DNA of 64,000 nucleotides from Promethearchaeota archaeon (lineage in GTDB: Archaea > Asgardarchaeota > Lokiarchaeia > Sigyniarchaeales > SOKP01), in assembly GCA_048937405.1 (NCBI GenBank), contig JBHLNF010000001.1, forward strand, positions 96,001 through 160,000. The letters are read 5' to 3'. The position numbers and the translations under genes are program-made. The number at the start of each line of letters is the position of its first letter. Positions within the stretch are counted from its first letter, which is position 1. Of this stretch, positions 29,426 through 37,658 are shown in pieces. Below the pieces are notes generated by a model, which saw only the letters and a program-made list of their open reading frames with translations, did no database searches and had not been told where the DNA came from.

Positions 29426-30790
29426 ATTAATAGAAAAAAAAGGAAAAAATGGTGGAGACCAATTTTAGGTGGTAAAGGTAGGACTTTAATCTTATTTGCT
29501 GTTTTTTTTCTTACAGCAGGTTTTGCATTTGTAAATTATTTTTTAATTTACTTCGCAATTTTACTTCTATTTAGTACTATCATTAGTCTACCTTTATTCT
29601 ACTATAAAATGAATGTAGAGGAATTAAAAGTACATAGAGAACTCGAAAAGGAAAAAGTATTCAAGGATGATTTTGTTCATATTAAAGTAGTAGTTGAAAA
29701 TACTGGACGAAATAGTTTTGATTTTATTGAAATAAGAGATAATTATAATCCCCAACTTTTTCGATTGATATTGGGTGAAAATTTTATATCTACTAGAATT
29801 GGACCTAAAGCAATTATAAAATTTTCTTATGTTCTTGAGCCAAGGGTTAGGGGTGAATATGCTATTGGACCATTGTCAATAATAGTAAAAGATAGATTAG
29901 GTTTTAATTCAGTTGAAAGGATTGTACCAGATAGCGTTACAGATATTCTTATATATCCTCCTTATGAAGATATTAAAAGAATTGAAATTTTAGGGTCAAA
30001 GCGCTCTCTACAATTAAATTATGGAGTACAAAGATCGAAGCAAAAAGGTCTTGGTTCAGAATTTTATGGAATGAGAAAATACGTTTTTGGTGATCAATTT
30101 AGATTAATAGATTGGAAAGCTAGTGCACGGGCTCAAACGTTAATAGTTAAAGAGTTTGAAACCGAAAGAGATGTAACAGTAATGATTTTGGTTGATTCAT
30201 CAGATACTATGGCGGGTGGAGCGATTGAAAACACAAAGTTTGAATATGCTATTAGAGCTTGTATGTTATTAACTAAAGTCGCTTTAACTAGAAGAGATAA
30301 TGTTGGTGTATTTACTTTTTCAGATAAAAAAAATCTGAATTTCTTAAAACCAAATAGTGGAGAAGAACACTTCTATCAAGTTTTAGATTTTGTTGCTCGA
30401 ATAAAACCACAAGGAAAATGCAAAATGATTGAAGCAATGGATCATTTCATTAAACGGTTTCAAAAGCGTAGTTTAATCTTTTTTATATCTGATTTGGAGG
30501 CAAATCCTAAAGATATTTCACAAGCTATTAAAAAATTAGTTCCCTTCAATCATACTATCATTGTTATCAATCCATTCAGTCCTTGGTTTGAGATTCATGA
30601 AATTGATCTATCATCAACGGATAAAGCTTTAGCAGAAGCCATTAGTGAGGAAATGCTTGAACATATTCTAACTATTAAACAAGATCTCCGTAATCTGGGA
30701 ATAAGTATAATAACTTGTGGACCTGATGATATGATGAATCAAGTATTAAGCAATTACATGGAAGCAAAAAAGAAAGGGAGGGCTTATTAA
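29426..30790 (+). CDS. DUF58 / vWA-domain membrane protein (MoxR partner); extended upstream of the track's ATG at 29609
   Basis: RGEY..GP..KDRLGF, GSEFYGMRKYVFGDQFRLIDWKASAR..VKEFETER, MIDAS-like VDSSDTM, FISDL. The frame is open from 29426 and encodes two TM helices before the first ATG; the start position is uncertain. Confidence 0.85.
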   Translation: MNRKKRKKWWRPILGGKGRTLILFAVFFLTAGFAFVNYFLIYFAILLLFSTIISLPLFYYKMNVEELKVHRELEKEKVFKDDFVHIKVVVENTGRNSFDFIEIRDNYNPQLFRLILGENFISTRIGPKAIIKFSYVLEPRVRGEYAIGPLSIIVKDRLGFNSVERIVPDSVTDILIYPPYEDIKRIEILGSKRSLQLNYGVQRSKQKGLGSEFYGMRKYVFGDQFRLIDWKASARAQTLIVKEFETERDVTVMILVDSSDTMAGGAIENTKFEYAIRACMLLTKVALTRRDNVGVFTFSDKKNLNFLKPNSGEEHFYQVLDFVARIKPQGKCKMIEAMDHFIKRFQKRSLIFFISDLEANPKDISQAIKKLVPFNHTIIVINPFSPWFEIHEIDLSSTDKALAEAISEEMLEHILTIKQDLRNLGISIITCGPDDMMNQVLSNYMEAKKKGRAY

Positions 30791-30793
30791 AAA

Positions 30794-32230
30794 ATGGCAC
30801 GTACATACTTATTGGCTTTAAAAATTATTAATTTGGTATTATATTCTTTATTATGTTTTCTTTTTTTAGCATCAATTTTTCATTTTGATATAGTAATTGT
30901 TACAGCTAAGGATGAACTCGTAATACTGGCTTTTTTTAAGGCTTTAAAAAATGTTTTTTCATATGTAATCTATGGGATTAGTTTAGTTATTGCATGGGGT
31001 TGTGCATATTTGATAGCAAGTTTTGGTCAAAATTTTTATATGTTTGCTTTTGTTAGAAATTTTTTTGAGGAATACCTGAGTAAATGGTTTTCAATACCTC
31101 AACCCGAATTATCTAAAATTCCCGGTTTAATTCTTGGTGAGTTTGAAGTGCTTTTAACAGATCTTTATTTGTTCATTTTTCAAATATTATTAGTCGTTTC
31201 CATTATATACGCGATTAGAGCTTTTTATAAAAATGATCCAAAACATTCTCTTATTGCAATTGGGGGTTTAATGCTCATGGTTATTGTTCCTCTTATGATA
31301 TCAGGATTAAGAGATATGTTGGATTTAATTAACCTTCATTATGAATATTTGGATACAATGGCTGATCCCATTGATCCAATTGTAAATCAAATACCTATTA
31401 ATAATTTTTTCGCATTTTTGGCAAATCCTATTATCTTATTTGCAATATTAGCCTATATTTATTTAGAATTAGCTTTCCAAATTAATTATACTGATACTGT
31501 AACTAAACCTTCTATAGAAAGAAGTGAACGATTAGAAGCTCAATTGAATATTCTTGCAAGAGAATCACACTATGTTAATGCAAATATCGATAAAATAAAA
31601 CAAGAAGCCAAAGAGAAATTGAAAGAGATTGAAACAGAACAGAAAGAGGGTTTAGCTCTCGGAAAATTCTTTGCAAAAACAGGTAAGCGATTCTCATATG
31701 TAAAAGAAATGATAGAAAAGAAAAAGTTAGAGGAAGAAGAAAAAAAACTAGTAACCGCAGCATCGAAAACAAGAAGACTTGGGAGATATATACAACGTCT
31801 TTTCCGAGAAGATTCAGAAGCCAGGGATACGTTAACTGCTAGTACATCAGCCCCTCAAGCTCGAAAGTTAGCAGTTTCTACACTAATTAATTTTACATAC
31901 CGTGTAGGTTTACTTTTAATTATAAGTTATATAATTATTCATCCACGTTGGTTTATTGAGAACATATTAAATTTACCTCCTGCTATTACTGAAAGTGTAG
32001 CAATGTTTTCTCCAGAAGTTATTATAATTTTATTGGCTCCTATCATGGTAATCTTTCCAGTAATATCAAAATTAATCTCATTTATCAAACATAGAAATTT
32101 AATAATCAGATTACAACAAGAAGGACGTATAAAAGAACTTCTTACTTCTGTTGGGGATTATGTTAGAAAAGAAGAAGTTGAAGTACCTATAGAAGAAAAA
32201 ACGGAAGAAGTTGCTGTTGAATCTACTTAG
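30794..32230 (+). CDS. Polytopic membrane protein with a central cytoplasmic coiled-coil region
   Basis: About 7 hydrophobic segments with a charged helical insert; starts 3 nt after the DUF58 gene stop. Confidence 0.75.
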   Translation: MARTYLLALKIINLVLYSLLCFLFLASIFHFDIVIVTAKDELVILAFFKALKNVFSYVIYGISLVIAWGCAYLIASFGQNFYMFAFVRNFFEEYLSKWFSIPQPELSKIPGLILGEFEVLLTDLYLFIFQILLVVSIIYAIRAFYKNDPKHSLIAIGGLMLMVIVPLMISGLRDMLDLINLHYEYLDTMADPIDPIVNQIPINNFFAFLANPIILFAILAYIYLELAFQINYTDTVTKPSIERSERLEAQLNILARESHYVNANIDKIKQEAKEKLKEIETEQKEGLALGKFFAKTGKRFSYVKEMIEKKKLEEEEKKLVTAASKTRRLGRYIQRLFREDSEARDTLTASTSAPQARKLAVSTLINFTYRVGLLLIISYIIIHPRWFIENILNLPPAITESVAMFSPEVIIILLAPIMVIFPVISKLISFIKHRNLIIRLQQEGRIKELLTSVGDYVRKEEVEVPIEEKTEEVAVEST

Positions 32231-32249
32231 GAATGACTTCCTTTTTTAA

Positions 32250-33179
32250 TTATAATTGAATGATAAATTGAGCTAAATCTTTTTTCTTTAATAAATCTAC
32301 CATTAGCGTATCATAACAATAAGTTCTTATACCAAGTTCTTCAATTTTTGGTTTTAAACTACAATCTTTATTATCAATTATGAAATGTCCTAAAAATTCT
32401 CGATAATATTTTGCCACTCCTAAACATGAGATCTCTAATCCAATACATTTCATTAATTTATCAGCAGGTCCCTTAATTGGAGATCCTTCAATAATGGGAC
32501 TAACGGAATATATTTTATCCTTAACTTTAGAGAGTGCCTTTTTAATGCCTTTCACTTGAACTATAGTTCCTATTGATACAATTGGATTTGAAGGACAGAT
32601 TATTATTTTTTTTGCATCTTCTATATATTTTAGGACGTTTTTAATTGGTACTGAATTTTGAATACCCTCAAAATGAATGTTAAGAACTTTTGGTTTACAT
32701 TGATGTTTAATGAAATATTCTTCAAAATGCATTGTTCCTGATGGAGTAGTAATAAATGTCTGAACATTTTCATTACACATCGGAATAAGATGAGATTTTA
32801 CTCCCAAGTTTTTACATATCATATTGGTAATCTCTGCCTTGCTAAATCCTTGTTTGAATAGATCAGTCCGATAAATATGAGTAGCTAAGTCATAATCACC
32901 AGCATTAAACCATCCTGTATTATAATATCTCTTTAAAATACTTAAACAATTAAAAGTCTCATCCTTAAATCCCCATCCCTTTTCTTTATCTACCAGGTTT
33001 GCTAATGTATAAGTTATTATATCCAAATCAGGGCAGATTTTTAGTCCAAACAACTCAATATCATCACCTGTATTAACAATAATCTTTAGTAATTCCGGGC
33101 TAACTACATTTGTTAATCCCTCAATTAATTTTGCGGCTCCAACACCTCCAGCTAAAACAACATAAAAATTATCATTCAT
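32250..33179 (-). CDS. cofD: 2-phospho-L-lactate/PEP transferase (F420 biosynthesis)
   Basis: LAGGVGAAKL, NTGDD..CPDLD, GDYDLATH, HFEEYF, PSNPIVSIG, KGPADKLM. Confidence 0.93.
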   Translation of the reverse strand: MNDNFYVVLAGGVGAAKLIEGLTNVVSPELLKIIVNTGDDIELFGLKICPDLDIITYTLANLVDKEKGWGFKDETFNCLSILKRYYNTGWFNAGDYDLATHIYRTDLFKQGFSKAEITNMICKNLGVKSHLIPMCNENVQTFITTPSGTMHFEEYFIKHQCKPKVLNIHFEGIQNSVPIKNVLKYIEDAKKIIICPSNPIVSIGTIVQVKGIKKALSKVKDKIYSVSPIIEGSPIKGPADKLMKCIGLEISCLGVAKYYREFLGHFIIDNKDCSLKPKIEELGIRTYCYDTLMVDLLKKKDLAQFIIQL

Positions 33180-33191
33180 AATTTTATTAGT

Positions 33192-34604
33192 CTAAATATT
33201 AGGTTCATATATTATTTCTTTCAAATTTTTACGATTTGGAGCTTTTATTGTTTTAATTGGGTAACCAACTGTAAAAAAAGCCATAGGGATATAACTTTGA
33301 GGTAGTTGCAAATTTTCTCTTATAATATTCTTAGCAAAAAGTGGAGCACAATACCAGCATGCAGCTAAATTTTTCATCTCGAGAGAAAGGAGAAAATAAA
33401 TTGCTGAACTACTAATACTTTGTATTCCTAAAAAAAATTCATTCTGATTTCTTTCAAAATCCGAATACTTTTCTAAATCTGAAGTATCCATGCATAGTAA
33501 AACCAAGAAGGGTGAATTTAAAAAACTATTTTTGGTTCTTTCTATTTTTAATTTAATAAACTCTTCTGATTTCCCATCTTTTTGTAAATCTATTCTTAAT
33601 TTTTCATTCATTTTAATAATCAAACTTTCACGTTTCTTATCTCTTTCAAATATTATATATCTCCAAAATTGTCCATTATGAGCGCTTGGTGCCCATCTGG
33701 CAAGCTTAATACATTCTTCAACAATTTTTCTATCAACATCTTGAGTAGAAAAAGATAATTTATAGCTTCTACGCTTTTTTAAGAATTTTTTTATTATATC
33801 CTCTTTATTTTCTCTGAATAAATCAATCTCCTTATTTCTCAAAATAGATTTAATTGTTGCTTTAGTACTAAATTCAAAATTATATCCTCTTATTAGTACA
33901 ATAGGAATACCCTCATTACATTCACCCATAACTAATTGTGCTGCTGCTGCTAAACTATCTACTTGGCCAATTAATGTTGTTTGGAGTATCTTCCCAAATA
34001 AATCATGTTGACCCCGCATGTCTAAAATCGGATTTATTCCTGAAACACCAATAGCAGTTCCAATAGCTCCTATTCTAAAAGCTCTCCCAAATGAATCGGA
34101 TATTATTATAGCTACATCCTTTTCTGTTTTCTTTTTTAATGTTATTCTTATTTTCTCCGCTTCCATATCAGGATTTTCTGGTAAAAGAGTTATTACACCT
34201 TCACCATCGACATTAGACTTATCTATTCCAGCATCAGCACAAATAAATCCGTGTTTAGTTTCTGTTATTATTACGTGTTGACTCTTTACAATTTCCTTAG
34301 ATTCATCTAAAATAGCTTGAATTAATTCAGGATTTTTTTCTGGTAATCCGTGAGTCTTAACTTTTGGTGTAATTTTTTTCCATAATTTAAAAGCTTTAGT
34401 ACTTGGTGTTATCTTATTTAAATTCCTTGTTCTACCAATACTTTTTGAAATAATAGTTTGAGCGATAATTAATATATCTCTATCTTCTAAGGTTAACCCA
34501 TTATTATTTATTGCCTTTAATATGATTTCGGGAATATTATCGCCTTTTTGAATTAATGGAACTTCTTTTAGTCCTATAATTTTAATTTCCTTACTAATAT
34601 ACAT
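33192..34604 (-). CDS. cofE: F420-0:gamma-glutamyl ligase fused to a C-terminal nitroreductase domain (FbiB-like)
   Basis: CofE motifs (ADAGIDKSN, SDSFGRAFRIG, LVMGECNEGIP) then nitroreductase (KKRRSYK, WAPSAHNGQFWRY, AACWYCAPLF). Confidence 0.9.
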   Translation of the reverse strand: MYISKEIKIIGLKEVPLIQKGDNIPEIILKAINNNGLTLEDRDILIIAQTIISKSIGRTRNLNKITPSTKAFKLWKKITPKVKTHGLPEKNPELIQAILDESKEIVKSQHVIITETKHGFICADAGIDKSNVDGEGVITLLPENPDMEAEKIRITLKKKTEKDVAIIISDSFGRAFRIGAIGTAIGVSGINPILDMRGQHDLFGKILQTTLIGQVDSLAAAAQLVMGECNEGIPIVLIRGYNFEFSTKATIKSILRNKEIDLFRENKEDIIKKFLKKRRSYKLSFSTQDVDRKIVEECIKLARWAPSAHNGQFWRYIIFERDKKRESLIIKMNEKLRIDLQKDGKSEEFIKLKIERTKNSFLNSPFLVLLCMDTSDLEKYSDFERNQNEFFLGIQSISSSAIYFLLSLEMKNLAACWYCAPLFAKNIIRENLQLPQSYIPMAFFTVGYPIKTIKAPNRKNLKEIIYEPNI

Positions 34605-34615
34605 AATTTTTCGCT

Positions 34616-35671
34616 TCAGATCTTTGTATATTTTCTAATATCTTCAATATTACTTTCAGCTAAATTTTCAAACTTTTCAGGAATTGCACAACAAGCAGAA
34701 AAATATTTATACTGTATTTTAGAATTATATTCCCTTAACCATATTAAAGTATCTCTAGATGGGATTTCAATTCGAGTGATACCTGCTTTAATTGCAGCTT
34801 TTTCAATCTCATTTTTAGCTCTTCCCCGAGGTCTCATACACCCTAATGAAATTTCTGTCTTAGGAAAAAGAATTCTTAGGATACTTATCACCTTTGCAAT
34901 ATCTTCTGGTTTTGGAATCTTAAATTTAATTTTGGAATCCTTTGGAGGAATTAAAACAATAATAACTATTAATGAGGGATTAATATTAGATTCCTTAATA
35001 AATTTAATAGAATCTAACTCCTTGCTCAGATTTCCATAATGAAGACCAATACAAATGTGAGGAACAATATTTAATTTATACCTTTTTAATAAATTTATTG
35101 CCCTTTTATATTCACTTAATTCGATATCTAAATGGTATATATTCTTTACAACCTCTTCATCCATATTTATATCAAAGGATACTATATCAACCTTAGCATC
35201 AGCGAGCTTCTTTGCTGTTTTTTCATTTAACAATCCGGTGTGTGAATTTATTATTAATTTTGTTTCTCTTTTCACTTTTTTTATAGCATCTAAATAATTT
35301 AATAATGGCACTGAACCATCCTCCATATTCCCTCCTGATATTAATGCCCCTACTCCACCCTTTTTAGAAAGGTCAAATAAAAATCTCTCTAATTTATGGG
35401 GATCTAGAATAGGGGTCATTCCCTTTAAATATTTCTTATTACAATGTTCACATTGTAAATTACATTCTCTTCCCGTTATACTGATAGCAGGAAATCTATT
35501 TGTGGGAATATAAATCTTTAAAATATTATTAAAGTTTTTACGGGTAATCTCTTGGGTTATGTCAAATAATTCAGTTAATTCAATTGATTCTAGATTGAGA
35601 ATGGTTGAAAAATCTCCCCATTCTATTGATTGAGATGTTATTTTTTCCTTCAACAATTGAGTTCTAGTCAT
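34616..35671 (-). CDS. lipS1: Radical SAM lipoyl synthase subunit, LipS1 type
   Basis: SITGRECNLQCEHC, plus GCMRP and CC motifs; next to a lipoate ligase. The S1/S2 naming is recalled from the Thermococcus system. Confidence 0.8.
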   Translation of the reverse strand: MTRTQLLKEKITSQSIEWGDFSTILNLESIELTELFDITQEITRKNFNNILKIYIPTNRFPAISITGRECNLQCEHCNKKYLKGMTPILDPHKLERFLFDLSKKGGVGALISGGNMEDGSVPLLNYLDAIKKVKRETKLIINSHTGLLNEKTAKKLADAKVDIVSFDINMDEEVVKNIYHLDIELSEYKRAINLLKRYKLNIVPHICIGLHYGNLSKELDSIKFIKESNINPSLIVIIVLIPPKDSKIKFKIPKPEDIAKVISILRILFPKTEISLGCMRPRGRAKNEIEKAAIKAGITRIEIPSRDTLIWLREYNSKIQYKYFSACCAIPEKFENLAESNIEDIRKYTKI

Positions 35672-36443
35672 ATTTTTTTAGCCAATTTTGAGTAGAATAT
35701 TTCTTTAGAACTAATTCTTCAGCTAACTTAATTTCTTCTTTAGTAAAAAAATCATCGACACAATTGATTTTTAGTGCTTTTTCGAAGCCATATTTTAATG
35801 ATCTAAGTAATTTTCGTTCTTTATAGTTTGGAATAATATTTTTTATGCCTATACACTTTGCTCGAACTGATCTGACCATTCTAGATTTCGTTACATTTTC
35901 TGGAGTCTTAAGTACAGAATACATTAATTCAGGGTTTATATCTAATAAAATTGTACCATGTTGGAGGAGATATCCTTTTCTGCGGATTTGAGCATTTCCA
36001 GAAAATTTTTTTCCATCCAAAAGAATTGCTGGACAATGGATGACATCCTTCTCTGGTTTTAAACCAAAATTTGATAATCCCCCAATTATTCCTTGGGTGA
36101 TTATTTCAAACTGATCTAAGACTTTATTTGCGCCTAATTTCTCAAGATATTTAATAGGACAAACAATTGAATAAGTAATCTCTCTAAATTCATCGTGGAA
36201 AACTGCACCGCCTCCAGTAATACGTCTTACAACATTGAATCCTCGATCTATGGCAATTTGAAGGTCAATCTCATCCGAAAGACTTTGATTTCTGCCAATA
36301 CTTGCTGTTGAAGGGTGCCATTTATAAAATCTTAATGTGTTTGGAGATTTTCCCTCTATGACTGCTGTTAGAATTGCCTCATCTAAAGCCATATTCCAAA
36401 AACCATTCTTAACTGTAAGTGGTATAAATCTCCAGGTATTCAT
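35664..36443 (-). CDS. Lipoate/octanoate-protein ligase (LplA/LipM family catalytic domain)
   Basis: NMALDEA, VVRRITGGGAVFH, GKKFSGNAQ, LQHGTIL. Confidence 0.92.
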   Translation of the reverse strand: MNTWRFIPLTVKNGFWNMALDEAILTAVIEGKSPNTLRFYKWHPSTASIGRNQSLSDEIDLQIAIDRGFNVVRRITGGGAVFHDEFREITYSIVCPIKYLEKLGANKVLDQFEIITQGIIGGLSNFGLKPEKDVIHCPAILLDGKKFSGNAQIRRKGYLLQHGTILLDINPELMYSVLKTPENVTKSRMVRSVRAKCIGIKNIIPNYKERKLLRSLKYGFEKALKINCVDDFFTKEEIKLAEELVLKKYSTQNWLKKYD

Positions 36444-36456
36444 TTTTACTAATCAC

Positions 36457-37461
36457 TTATTTATTTACAAATTTATTTAGTAATTCATATATCTCTTCTT
36501 TTTGTTTATCTGTCAGCGAACTTGGATAATTATAGATAGGACCTGAAGGTTTTGAAGTATAATAAGGGCGATTACATCCAGGACATCCAGAAGTTAAAAA
36601 AGAGTCTGTCTCATCAATGAGAATCTTTAGCTCTTTTTTATTAATATTAATATTAATAATTTCTCCTCTTGTATTAAATGTAAAATCCTTCAATTTTTTC
36701 CTTCTATTATAAATAAGAAATCTTCCTAACTGTATTTTTCTATAATTTGTAATACTAGGTTGTTGCTTATTTTCAAATCTGGTACCTTTAATTGGTGTAA
36801 ATGCAAATAGAGAAACAATAATACCTAAGTTGAATAATTCTTCAATAAGTTGAATTACATTTTTTTCAGTTTCATTTAATCCAACAATTATATGAGTACT
36901 TACAAATCCAGGAGTAAAAATTTCTAGAGCTTCTTTTAATTTTTGAAGGTGCTCCTCCCATTTATAGGGACCTTCAACATTCTTACCTTTTATTATTTCA
37001 AAAATTTCGGGTGTAGCCCCATCTAATGCAATTCCCACTCTTTGAACACCTCTATTTTTTAATTCTTTCAATTTTTCTTTTGACATAGGTGGAATTGCAA
37101 CTGAAATAGGAATGTCAATAATTCTTTTAATCTGAGTTATTATCTCGATTAAATCATTGAAATTTTCTGGGTAATTAAGTGTTTGAATACAAATTCTTTC
37201 AAATTTTTTTGAAGATGGCAAATACTTAAGTTTTGTCAGAAAATCTTTGAAGGAAAAAATTGGCCAATTAACACGAGATAGCTTCTCAATGGAGCTTTTT
37301 GATGATCTGGCTTGAGGACAAAAACTACAATTCGCTAAACAATGACCCTCCCTGAATGTCATGAGATAACACGTAGTAGGAGGATATTTAAATCGAGGTA
37401 ACGACCCTAATTCTAAAACTGAGGCACTTCCAACAGATAATCTTATTTTTTCAATTGTCAC
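36457..37461 (-). CDS. lipS2: Radical SAM lipoyl synthase subunit, LipS2 type
   Basis: CLANCSFCPQAR, LSRVNWP, C-terminal TSGCPGCNRP motif. Confidence 0.8.
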   Translation of the reverse strand: MTIEKIRLSVGSASVLELGSLPRFKYPPTTCYLMTFREGHCLANCSFCPQARSSKSSIEKLSRVNWPIFSFKDFLTKLKYLPSSKKFERICIQTLNYPENFNDLIEIITQIKRIIDIPISVAIPPMSKEKLKELKNRGVQRVGIALDGATPEIFEIIKGKNVEGPYKWEEHLQKLKEALEIFTPGFVSTHIIVGLNETEKNVIQLIEELFNLGIIVSLFAFTPIKGTRFENKQQPSITNYRKIQLGRFLIYNRRKKLKDFTFNTRGEIINININKKELKILIDETDSFLTSGCPGCNRPYYTSKPSGPIYNYPSSLTDKQKEEIYELLNKFVNK

Positions 37462-37658
37462 TAATATCCTTAGTAAGTTGGTAAAGTTAAGTTTTATTGC
37501 TACAGTTTATTTTTTTTCTATTTAGAATAACTATTGAAATTTTAAGTAATAACAAAAGATACTATGGTTAGTTTTCTACATAAAAAATTTATTGAATCAA
37601 ATACTAAAATATTAAATCGTTTGTATAACCACTAATTTATGGAAAGTAGTAGGATTTT

